Positions 1 to 7,931 of a DNA stretch of 64,000 bases are shown here, in pieces. The number at the start of each line of letters is the position of its first letter. Positions within the stretch are counted from its first letter, which is position 1. Origin of the DNA: a virus (lineage: Duplodnaviria; Caudoviricetes); IMG/VR virus record IMGVR_UViG_3300035520_000529, positions 1-64,000 of that record, one strand, 5' to 3'. Under the pieces are notes generated by a model, which was not told the DNA's origin, made no database searches, and was given only the letters and a program-made list of their open reading frames with translations. The position numbers and the translations under genes are program-made.

Positions 1-81
1 AACACATATCCAGTTAGGCTTTAACTCTAATATGAGAGTTCAACTCTACACATAGGATTGAATTTTGATATTAGAGTTAAA

Positions 82-114
82 GGAATGCACAGAACTCCTA
101 TAAGCTGTGCAGAA
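82..114 (+). promoter_or_regulatory. Conserved leader hairpin, copy 1
   Basis: GGAA-T-GCACAG-AACTCCTATAAG-CTGTGC-AGAA; stem ends 16 nt before ATG 127. Confidence 0.8.
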
Positions 115-126
115 TTGAGGTTATTT

Positions 127-669
127 ATGCATTACATATCTATTACTGACAAAGCAAAAATGCTACGTTCTGAAATCAAAAGCAAACTAGGACTCAACTG
201 CCGTGAGGTTAGTGTCACTACTAGTGGCGGTGGTTATGATTCCAGTATCCACGTGTATTTAAAGACCCTTAAAGCTATGACTCACTATCAAGAGGTTGAA
301 AAGTTAGCTTCTAAACTTGAACATATCGACTATGACCCTTACTGTGGTGAGGTTCTATGTGGTGGCAATACCTACGTAAATGTGGGTTGTGACCGCTCTG
401 TGCTAAGAGAATTTAGCACTAAATATCTTGAACTTGCTACTAAAGTTTACAACGAACTTACTGAGGAAACTGGTGGCAAATGTGTTCTAACTATCAATGG
501 TGTTGACTTTCATTACATTCCTAAAAGCATTTCTCATTGTTACATTAATGGTATGTGCTTTATAGACACTAATGAACGCTCTCACAAGATTAGAAGAATT
601 GCTAATTCTGTAGAAGATATAGCATTTTCTATGGGTCAGTTTGAGCTTTGCGGATATTTCTTCTGCTAA
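127..669 (+). CDS. Hypothetical early phage protein (possibly LPD-type polyvalent-associated domain)
   Basis: ORF 58..669; start moved to ATG 127 behind GAGG RBS and leader hairpin copy 1. Confidence 0.6.
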   Translation: MHYISITDKAKMLRSEIKSKLGLNCREVSVTTSGGGYDSSIHVYLKTLKAMTHYQEVEKLASKLEHIDYDPYCGEVLCGGNTYVNVGCDRSVLREFSTKYLELATKVYNELTEETGGKCVLTINGVDFHYIPKSISHCYINGMCFIDTNERSHKIRRIANSVEDIAFSMGQFELCGYFFC

Positions 670-695
670 GATTTTGATTTGTAAATTTGATTTTT

Positions 696-722
696 AACTT
701 GTACCCAACTCGGGTACAAGTT
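696..722. repeat. 27-bp palindrome, candidate parS copy 1
   Basis: AACTTGTACCC-AACTC-GGGTACAAGTT; related copies at 33930, 38473, 45619. Confidence 0.7.
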
Positions 723-730
723 CTTTAACT

Positions 731-1123
731 ATGAAAGGATTTGATTGTATGAAAAAGATTACTAAAAAAGAATTTATCGCTAAAATGGTAGCAAATGAGA
801 CCTACTTTGTGAATGTTCATAAGTATATTAACAAGCCTATTCAATCTAAACTTGAGTTTATCAACAACGAAATAGTTGAACACAAGCCTGACCTTAGCGT
901 TATGAAAACACGTACTTGTGTACAACGCTCTGCTTTTCTAGAGTTTTCCATGGGTAGTAGACTCTACTTTAATCAACAAGCAGATTACTCTTACTATGAG
1001 TTTGAAATCGATTCTCAAGAGTACCTAATCATGGTAGAAACTACTGACAATTCTAAAATTAGCACTAACTCTTGGGATGACGCTATAAGCTACTTTATGG
1101 TTTACGCTGTGAAAGGAGAATAG
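731..1123 (+). CDS. Hypothetical protein
   Basis: ORF; likely start ATG 749 after GAAAGGA. Confidence 0.65.
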   Translation: MKGFDCMKKITKKEFIAKMVANETYFVNVHKYINKPIQSKLEFINNEIVEHKPDLSVMKTRTCVQRSAFLEFSMGSRLYFNQQADYSYYEFEIDSQEYLIMVETTDNSKISTNSWDDAISYFMVYAVKGE

Positions 1124-1125
1124 TC

Positions 1126-1356
1126 ATGAGAAGATACAACATTGCACCATGCAACATTAACAAGGAGTTAGAAACCAAAACTGACTATCTAGTTTGGTTG
1201 CTATCTCAAACTATTAACACTATAAATAGCCTACCCATTGACGGCAGAGAACGTGGAGACTTAGTCTCCATGTACATGGCTAACCTACTAAATGGTATTT
1301 CCGATGACGATATACCTCGTCAAATCTATGACCAAACTATTGGACGTAGCATATAA
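1126..1356 (+). CDS. Hypothetical protein
   Basis: ORF with AAAGGAG RBS, coupled to upstream stop. Confidence 0.6.
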   Translation: MRRYNIAPCNINKELETKTDYLVWLLSQTINTINSLPIDGRERGDLVSMYMANLLNGISDDDIPRQIYDQTIGRSI

Positions 1357-1372
1357 GAAAGGAGTTTTTATT

Positions 1373-1954
1373 ATGACTAATACTAATGTTATCACTTTAA
1401 ACGCTATGGTGGACTATCTAAAGTCCACCTTAACTGAACCTACTCAGCAAGAGTTCACATCCGCTGATACATCCGTAAACAGAAACCGCCTACCTAAAGT
1501 ATTTTCTGCTATCAAGAGTTGGAAAGCAGATTCCATAAATCTTGACCTCGGTGGTGGTAAGTTTGACAACGCTACTGAGTACCTATACTCTCAATACGGC
1601 TGTACAAACCTCATATTTGATAGGTTTAACCGCTCTGTTGATTGGAATACTCAAATACTAAATTACGTCACACAAGTGGGTGGTGCTGACACCCTAACTT
1701 GTGCTAACGTTCTTAACGTCATTGCTGAAAGTGAAATCCGTTTGGAGGTTATCGCTCAAGCTTACGCTCTACTAAAAAGTGACGGCATTGCGTACTTTCA
1801 AATCTATGAGGGTAACGGCTCTGGAGTAGGTTCTCAAACTAAGATTGATTGTTGGCAAAACAACTTAAAGGCTAATGAGTATATATCCGAATTGGAAACG
1901 TATTTCAATATCGAAAAAGTCTCCAATAAGATTATCGTTTGCACTAAGAAATAG
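1373..1954 (+). CDS. Class I SAM-dependent methyltransferase, probably DNA-directed
   Basis: NLDLGGGKFD SAM motif, CANVLNVI, YFQIYEG; RBS GAAAGGAG before ATG 1373. Confidence 0.65.
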   Translation: MTNTNVITLNAMVDYLKSTLTEPTQQEFTSADTSVNRNRLPKVFSAIKSWKADSINLDLGGGKFDNATEYLYSQYGCTNLIFDRFNRSVDWNTQILNYVTQVGGADTLTCANVLNVIAESEIRLEVIAQAYALLKSDGIAYFQIYEGNGSGVGSQTKIDCWQNNLKANEYISELETYFNIEKVSNKIIVCTKK

Positions 1955-1968
1955 TTGGAGATGTAATT

Positions 1969-2553
1969 ATGAACATTAAAGAAGAAATTAAAAAATACAA
2001 TGAGGGTCTTACTCATACCATAGACATTGACGATATTCACACTATATTCAATTCTATTTTAGAAATATTCAAGGAATATCTTCCTATGCCCGAAAACATA
2101 TATCTTAGTGATAAACCACTAAATTCCGCTACTAGACTTGGTCAATGCAAAAAAGAAGTTTGGACTATGCCTAATGGTAAAGTGGTAAATTGTGTGTACA
2201 CCATATACGTTAATAAGTGTTATATTGGCGCTCCAATTACTAAAGAGGTATTTTTTGATTTGGTAAACGTTATTGGTCACGAACTACTACACACCATTGT
2301 GCAATCTCATGATGCTAACTTTACAAAGTTAGCTAATATGCTAAATCAGTATCTAGGTTTTAAAATTGAAGCACACTATACACCATCCGAAACTACAAAA
2401 CTCCTAAATACAGTTAAGCCTAAATACGAAATTAGGTGTTCAAAGTGCAATCAACTTTTGGGTTGGAAATATCACAAATGCAAAATGATTAGCCACAGTC
2501 AAGATTATACTTCTCAATGCTGTTACGCTGATATTAAAATTATAAACCTATAA
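1969..2553 (+). CDS. SprT-like zinc metallopeptidase
   Basis: LGQC, HELLH, HD..F and C-terminal YxxxCxxC zinc ribbon. Confidence 0.75.
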   Translation: MNIKEEIKKYNEGLTHTIDIDDIHTIFNSILEIFKEYLPMPENIYLSDKPLNSATRLGQCKKEVWTMPNGKVVNCVYTIYVNKCYIGAPITKEVFFDLVNVIGHELLHTIVQSHDANFTKLANMLNQYLGFKIEAHYTPSETTKLLNTVKPKYEIRCSKCNQLLGWKYHKCKMISHSQDYTSQCCYADIKIINL

Positions 2554-2564
2554 ATTAAATTCAA

Positions 2565-2597
2565 GGAACGTGGAGAACTCCTATAAACTCCACAGAA
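2565..2597 (+). promoter_or_regulatory. Conserved leader hairpin, copy 2
   Basis: GGAA-C-GTGGAG-AACTCCTATAAA-CTCCAC-AGAA; 17 nt before ATG 2611. Confidence 0.8.
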
Positions 2598-2610
2598 AGT
2601 GAGTATTACT

Positions 2611-2913
2611 ATGAAAATTACAGGTATTAAAAAGGCAGTAAGCGACTATAAAAGAGCAAATGCTGGTGGTTATTATAGCCCTAGTTATGGTAGAATGATG
2701 TTAAACCGCTCTACTGGAGAAGTATGGACAGATGAATTCTACTGTGTAGGTCATACTGATTGGAACAAATATGATGACCCTGCAATCATCAACATAGTTA
2801 CAGCTATGAATAATATAGCTTGTGATGCAGTTACAGTAACTATGCAATCAATAAAAAAAATTGCTGTAAAACTTTGTGAAGAATACGCTAAGAATAAAAC
2901 TAAAAATTCTTAG
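2611..2913 (+). CDS. Hypothetical protein
   Basis: ORF 2599..2913; ATG 2611 preferred. Confidence 0.65.
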   Translation: MKITGIKKAVSDYKRANAGGYYSPSYGRMMLNRSTGEVWTDEFYCVGHTDWNKYDDPAIINIVTAMNNIACDAVTVTMQSIKKIAVKLCEEYAKNKTKNS

Positions 2914-2928
2914 GATATTCAATAATCA

Positions 2929-2996
2929 ACTCGTTGGAGCGAGTATAAAAAGTCCGTTAGGCTCTAAGCGTTCCGCCCAATTGGGCGGAGGTCGGA
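2929..2996 (+). ncRNA. Pistol self-cleaving ribozyme A
   Basis: P1 ACUCG/CGAGU with loop UUGGAG; linker AUAAAAAG; P2 UCCG/CGGA; UUAGG; pseudoknot strand CUCUAA; GCGU; P3 UCCGCCC/GGGCGGA; GGU (predicted cut G2991/U2992). Confidence 0.9.
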
Positions 2997-3004
2997 AAAT
3001 TAAA

Positions 3005-3037
3005 GGAAAGCACAGAACTCCTTTAAACTGTGCAGAA
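3005..3037 (+). promoter_or_regulatory. Conserved leader hairpin, copy 3
   Basis: GGAA-A-GCACAG-AACTCCTTTAAA-CTGTGC-AGAA; 17 nt before ATG 3051. Confidence 0.8.
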
Positions 3038-3050
3038 AGTGAGTATCGTT

Positions 3051-3497
3051 ATGAATAAGGAAACTAAAGTTATCAATGCTATCAAGGTTTGCACTGATGG
3101 TAATATGTACCCAGTGAAGTTTAAGGAAAATTCCCTCGCTGATATGTACTCTTTGCTAAACTGTTCTAACATTGAGATTGTACACGCTATGCGTTTGAAT
3201 GGCTCTTTCTGCTTAGTCTGTGATGGAGAAGCACTATTGAAAGATTCTCCTCAAATTAACCTTTATGCAAGTTATCTATATGGCTCTGAACAACATAGGA
3301 ACTACATTTATGGAGATGTGCTAATCTGTAAAGAATACAACTTCGATGAGGATTTCGAGGACGATGAAGATGAATCCGACTTCCAATCTATGACACAAGA
3401 TGAGATTGATTACTATTTTCTACAGAAACTTTTCCTAGTTGGTAAGTTAAAAAGTTTTGCTGATGATACTGAACGTTGGCTAAAAGGACTCTTATAA
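3051..3497 (+). CDS. DUF3846-like protein
   Basis: L..MY.LLNC..IE.V, CDGE.LLK...IN..AS.LY, IYGDVLI pattern. Confidence 0.6.
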   Translation: MNKETKVINAIKVCTDGNMYPVKFKENSLADMYSLLNCSNIEIVHAMRLNGSFCLVCDGEALLKDSPQINLYASYLYGSEQHRNYIYGDVLICKEYNFDEDFEDDEDESDFQSMTQDEIDYYFLQKLFLVGKLKSFADDTERWLKGLL

Positions 3498-3511
3498 TCG
3501 CTAGTTTTTAG

Positions 3512-3540
3512 TTGACAAAATAGTATAAATTTACTATAAT
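3512..3540 (+). promoter_or_regulatory. Sigma-A promoter
   Basis: TTGACA-17-TATAAT. Confidence 0.8.
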
Positions 3541-3565
3541 ATAGCTATCAAAGGAGAGGTTTTTT

Positions 3566-4027
3566 ATGAAAAAAGTTGGATATTGTAAGTACGTTCACAA
3601 GTCAAACTTAGCTGAACTTTTAAATTCAGTTTCGGATTTAGAAAGAGAACCCATTAAAGAGCTGATTAGTCAGCATAGCACATACTGGAATTTTGAGGTG
3701 GTTAAGTACGATTCTAAGACTAAAAATCTCTCCTTAATTCAGTCTCTAAATTGGAATACTGCTAATGAGCCAACTGTTGGTGACAGTTTAATAATCAACA
3801 TAGTTACGTTGAAAATCTCTATTTCAAAAATGAAAACCCGTGAACAGATTTACCATCAAAAAGAACTTTTCGTGTCCGAAAACTACAGTGGTTTTGACGT
3901 TCAAAAGGCTAAGGCTAGGACTCAACTTTGGAAGTCAAAAATACAAAATCTTAGCCAACACAAAACTAGAATGGGTTATCGTTGGTACTGGAATGAATTG
4001 CTAGATATGTATAATATTGAGAAATAG
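3566..4027 (+). CDS. Protein resembling the accessory domain of phosphorothioation-associated methyltransferases (TIGR04096-like)
   Basis: YVHKS, VVKYD, EP.VGDS, IYHQKELFV..Y, RMG...W pattern; recognised from memory. Confidence 0.5.
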   Translation: MKKVGYCKYVHKSNLAELLNSVSDLEREPIKELISQHSTYWNFEVVKYDSKTKNLSLIQSLNWNTANEPTVGDSLIINIVTLKISISKMKTREQIYHQKELFVSENYSGFDVQKAKARTQLWKSKIQNLSQHKTRMGYRWYWNELLDMYNIEK

Positions 4028-4041
4028 TTTCCATTTTGCAC

Positions 4042-4070
4042 TTGATTTTTGTGCAAATTTATGGTACAAT
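4042..4070 (+). promoter_or_regulatory. Sigma-A promoter with TTTGCAC/GTGCAAA inverted repeat around the -35
   Basis: TTGATT-17-TACAAT, extended -10 TG. Confidence 0.6.
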
Positions 4071-4091
4071 ATTCTTAAATTTAACAGTTTT

Positions 4092-4124
4092 GGAACGTGG
4101 AGAACTCCTATAAACTCCACAGAA
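4092..4124 (+). promoter_or_regulatory. Conserved leader hairpin, copy 4
   Basis: GGAA-C-GTGGAG-AACTCCTATAAA-CTCCAC-AGAA; 17 nt before ATG 4138. Confidence 0.8.
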
Positions 4125-4137
4125 AAGGAGAATTGCC

Positions 4138-4455
4138 ATGAAAGAATTATTCGTTGTTGATGTGGATAACGGCGGTAGTATGTGGATTCCAGACGGCTCG
4201 GACATCTACGGAGACCTTATAGAAAACTATATCGAAGCTGAAAATGAGGATGCTGTCTTTAAGTACCTCGTGGACTACTTCATTAAGGGCAGTTCTGAGG
4301 TCGACTGGGGAGAAGATGGTATGCCCGATTATAAGGTCGACTACGCTAAAAAACGCATAGATTGGTGCGAAGATGAGTATCAATACCACTACATTTTTGA
4401 GATTGAACCCGTCTTTGAAGCAGACGAAAATATCCCTATAACTACCATCGACTAG
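4138..4455 (+). CDS. Small acidic hypothetical protein
   Basis: AAGGAG RBS; very D/E-rich (DNA-mimic-like composition). Confidence 0.7.
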   Translation: MKELFVVDVDNGGSMWIPDGSDIYGDLIENYIEAENEDAVFKYLVDYFIKGSSEVDWGEDGMPDYKVDYAKKRIDWCEDEYQYHYIFEIEPVFEADENIPITTID

Positions 4456-4519
4456 GCGATGTAAAATAGTCCATTAAGCCTAGTGCGTTACTCCATCCGC
4501 AGGGGTGGAGTAGGTTGGA
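4446..4519 (+). ncRNA. Pistol self-cleaving ribozyme B
   Basis: P1 CAUCG/CGAUG with loop ACUAGG; UAAAAUAG; P2 UCCA/UGGA; UUAAG; pseudoknot strand CCUAGU; GCGU; P3 UACUCCAUCC/GGGUGGAGUA; GGU (predicted cut G4514/U4515). Confidence 0.9.
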
Positions 4520-4566
4520 AAGCATATTTTTAACTCTATTTTACAAATTTTAAGGAGGTCTTTTTT

Positions 4567-6450
4567 ATGAAATTGAAAGACAAATTGAAGACTTTTTGGA
4601 TGAAAGCAATTCTCATATTTTGTTATATCCAAGGAGGCATTATAGTCATAATAGGTGGGTTGTTAACGGCAATCCTCCCTCTTGCACTGAATTTGGCAGG
4701 GTTTCCACTGGCTATTCACTGGATGGCAGACAACGTTTTTATTGGTGGAATTAAGGCTATTTTATATGTAGTTTTCATTGGAGTGGGTTCTGTTAAGTTC
4801 TTTTTAAACTTTGGTGAATCTGGAACTCCACCTTTTTGGAAGTATGTTGTTGGTGGCATTTGCAGTATATACGATAAACCCGTCAACAAATTGGAATATG
4901 AACTTCAAGTGCATAAAATTAGAGAAAAGAATAAACTCGATTATGACAAAGACTATGTAAATCCAAATAAAAAATTATCATTACTTGACAAAATAAAAAT
5001 ACATAAAAATAAAGAGATTTTTAACAGAGTATATGATAACTTTTTCCTAAGTTATGACAGCTATTTTCACATTCAGTGGGATAGGTTTGGCGACTCTAAC
5101 TCATGGTACAGATGTATGAATTACAAAGATTACAGACTTTCTTTGATTAAAAATCCATACGTTTCAGCAACCAAAAAATACAAAGAAAATAAGAAGTTGC
5201 TATTTATGGGTAAGTGTTATGGACTCGTTTCATCGCCACAAAACCCTTACAAGGATAACAAAGTTCATTCACAATACGATTTTGTTTTCTATGACCTTTA
5301 TCAAGAAAGTAAGCGTAAGCCAAACGTCTTCGCACAAAGCATTGAAAATAATGTTGATGGTGTACTATACGAGATTTTGGCAATGTTGCAAATAATATCT
5401 TGTAAAGATTTTGACGAGTATTTTTACTACAATTTACATTTTCCAATTACAAAAGATAATGTATTTGAACAAGCCGTTAATCAACAAATGGAAAATTTGC
5501 TCTTTTGGATGTATATTGACCAAGCAATGACTGTGGATTTTATTGACATTCATACGCTCCATATTGAAGATAGGTTCATTTTAATGATTAATCAGCTACA
5601 CAAAATGCACTTACTTTTCACTAACAATAACTTCATATCTTCTCAAAACTCGTTCGATTGCGACTTCCTTTATAACGAATTAGAAATTGGCGAGTACGAG
5701 CAATCCCTAATTGCTCTCGTTGAAAAAGTGCCTAAGATTGAGGAAAGCATAAAGAACCTACCTCACAAAGATAACGTCCCTTTGATGTTAGAAAAGTCGC
5801 AAATATGCTCTGATGTGTGGCTTGAATGGTATCAAAGCAAACGAAAAGACGAACTCTCCGAAAATAGTTTGTACCATGAAATTGCCGAAAGGTTCACATC
5901 TTCAATCTTTGACAAAAGTACATTTCTCACTGCCATCGTTGTAGAAGATACGAAAACTAAAAAAAGACAATTATATTTTGTTGGCGAAAAGATTCTTTTT
6001 ATGTTGGATTCAGATGAAAATAATAATGTTTTATATGATGAAATTCATTATACTATGGATACTTATCTTTATGAGCAAACCTCACACGAACGAGATTTGA
6101 ACACTATAAACGATGACCAAAAATTGAGAGAGTTTATTTTTAAGAAAGAAGTTCCAAAGCATATCTATAGCGACTTTAAAAGGGTTTGTACTTTTTTCAA
6201 CCCAAAGTATGTAAAGTTTATACATAACTTGGATAATCTAAACTATATGATTTCTAACGAGTATAAAGCAATTTGCCGTTATGAATTTCAAATGAGTTAT
6301 TCACGTTTCTTAGAAGATACGCAAAAAGAATTTAAGGAAACCATTGAAAGGTTTAGAGAAAAGTGTTTGAAAATGTATGCTAATTATGAAGAAATATATT
6401 TAGAAATTTACAATGAGGATAAAAACCAAAATGTAAACTCTGTAAATTAA
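4567..6450 (+). CDS. Hypothetical membrane-anchored protein
   Basis: AAGGAGG RBS; 2-3 hydrophobic N-terminal helices followed by a large soluble domain. Confidence 0.7.
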   Translation: MKLKDKLKTFWMKAILIFCYIQGGIIVIIGGLLTAILPLALNLAGFPLAIHWMADNVFIGGIKAILYVVFIGVGSVKFFLNFGESGTPPFWKYVVGGICSIYDKPVNKLEYELQVHKIREKNKLDYDKDYVNPNKKLSLLDKIKIHKNKEIFNRVYDNFFLSYDSYFHIQWDRFGDSNSWYRCMNYKDYRLSLIKNPYVSATKKYKENKKLLFMGKCYGLVSSPQNPYKDNKVHSQYDFVFYDLYQESKRKPNVFAQSIENNVDGVLYEILAMLQIISCKDFDEYFYYNLHFPITKDNVFEQAVNQQMENLLFWMYIDQAMTVDFIDIHTLHIEDRFILMINQLHKMHLLFTNNNFISSQNSFDCDFLYNELEIGEYEQSLIALVEKVPKIEESIKNLPHKDNVPLMLEKSQICSDVWLEWYQSKRKDELSENSLYHEIAERFTSSIFDKSTFLTAIVVEDTKTKKRQLYFVGEKILFMLDSDENNNVLYDEIHYTMDTYLYEQTSHERDLNTINDDQKLREFIFKKEVPKHIYSDFKRVCTFFNPKYVKFIHNLDNLNYMISNEYKAICRYEFQMSYSRFLEDTQKEFKETIERFREKCLKMYANYEEIYLEIYNEDKNQNVNSVN

Positions 6451-6464
6451 TAGGAGGTATTATC

Positions 6465-7337
6465 ATGAAAGAAATTAAAATGACTGTTATGGGAAACGTT
6501 GCTCTTGAGGAAACTTTTGAAAAGACACAAGAGCCTACTATCGAACCACAAAGCACAAATGTACGTCAGTTGAAGAGCAACTATATACATCGTAAATCCG
6601 ATGGTGCAGAGTACATCAAGCCTACAGCAGGTGACCCTATTAGGTCTAAGGCGGACTTAAAAGCCATCTACAAGTACTTTGAAGATGGCAGAAGTTCACA
6701 GATAGAAACTCTTAATGCACGTAATTACGCAATCTTTATCCTAGGAATATCCACTGGATTGAGAATCTCCGACTTGCTAAAAATTAAAGTCAGAGACATA
6801 ATCGACCTTAGAAAGCTTAACGCAGTTTTGAAGTCCAAACCTAAATCAAAAATCACTAAAGAGGACGATATTTTCGTGGATAGAATTTACATCTGCGAAC
6901 AGAAGACAGGTAAAATTAACAAACCAGTAATGTCAAAAAGGTGTAAAGTTTTGATATTTGACTATTTAAAGTTGGTAAAAAAAGAAGTAAAGCTTAGCTT
7001 TACTGACTACCTCTGGGTGGCTGGTGGAAATCGCACGAGCGTTAAGGTTGTGAGTAAGCCAATCGCCATGCAGAACTACTACGATGTGCTCAAAAAAATC
7101 TCAAACGAGATTGAGTTTGAAACTCCAACCCACCTATCTACGCACAGTATGAGGAAAACCTTTGGTTATTGGCTCTTCAAAAACGCATCTTCTCAAGCCG
7201 AAACTTTGGCGATTTTGCAAGAGTTGTTCAACCACAGCAACCAAAGGGTGACCCTAAGGTACATCGGTATCACTGAGGACACCAAGCTCAAAACCCTTGC
7301 TGAGTTCAGTAATCTGCTCGATGACATTTTAGAATAG
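6465..7337 (+). CDS. Tyrosine recombinase (integrase/resolvase)
   Basis: TGLRISD, EQKTGK, HSMRKT, FNHS, TLRYIG: complete R-K-H-R-H-Y set. Confidence 0.92.
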   Translation: MKEIKMTVMGNVALEETFEKTQEPTIEPQSTNVRQLKSNYIHRKSDGAEYIKPTAGDPIRSKADLKAIYKYFEDGRSSQIETLNARNYAIFILGISTGLRISDLLKIKVRDIIDLRKLNAVLKSKPKSKITKEDDIFVDRIYICEQKTGKINKPVMSKRCKVLIFDYLKLVKKEVKLSFTDYLWVAGGNRTSVKVVSKPIAMQNYYDVLKKISNEIEFETPTHLSTHSMRKTFGYWLFKNASSQAETLAILQELFNHSNQRVTLRYIGITEDTKLKTLAEFSNLLDDILE

Positions 7338-7415
7338 CTAACACGCTCGTATTCAAACGGAAATGGGTCAAAATCAAGCGTTAGTGGTTTACCCTTGAAA
7401 TCATACCCCTAAATT

Positions 7416-7451
7416 TAGAACCCTCATTTTGAGCAGATTTGGAGGGTTCTA
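7416..7451 (+). terminator. Hairpin downstream of the recombinase
   Basis: TAGAACCCTC/GAGGGTTCTA 10-bp stem, T-rich downstream. Confidence 0.45.
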
Positions 7452-7931
7452 GAGCATTTTGCTTTTTCAACAAGTATTTCCAACTAATGACAGCCCGCAA
7501 ACCACGATTCTAGCTCTATACCATTATAATATATATTTACTATCTTGAAAATTAATAAAAAACTAAAATATTAATTAAACATTAAGTATTACAAATTAGT
7601 GTATATATTAGTAAAATAATAAATATATTTTTGCAACTCTTTAATTTTCGCTCGAAAGCTTCGCATTCGAGCGATGCTGTCACACTAATCACACTAATTC
7701 AACCAATTACGTACTATCAATCACCAATTTTCGTTCCTAGCGAAGTAACTAATCATATCATCCATTCAAGCAATCGTTAAATCAATTCCCCATTTCATGA
7801 GGAAGTCTAGGTTTAAACGTGAGTTTTGGATGGGTAAACCACCAAAATTTCTACTCTCAAATTGGTTTCTCAATAAACCATAATTGGAATTAATATCTAA
7901 AATATTGTCAAGATGCTCTAACTCTAATCTC

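Noticed and set aside
1249-1273. Fifth leader copy (GAACGTGGAGAC-TTA-GTCTCCATGT)
   Set aside because: Shares the 5' arm only, lacks the AACTCCT loop and lies inside an ORF
2876-3058. 60-aa ORF
   Set aside because: Overlaps pistol A and leader copy 3; no RBS
82-4124. Leader hairpin as preQ1 riboswitch, twister or HDV-like ribozyme
   Set aside because: Lacks the diagnostic loops and helix order of those classes as I recall them
7812-7823. Orphan iteron TTTAAACGTGAG
   Set aside because: Only 12 bp; plausible by chance in AT-rich DNA
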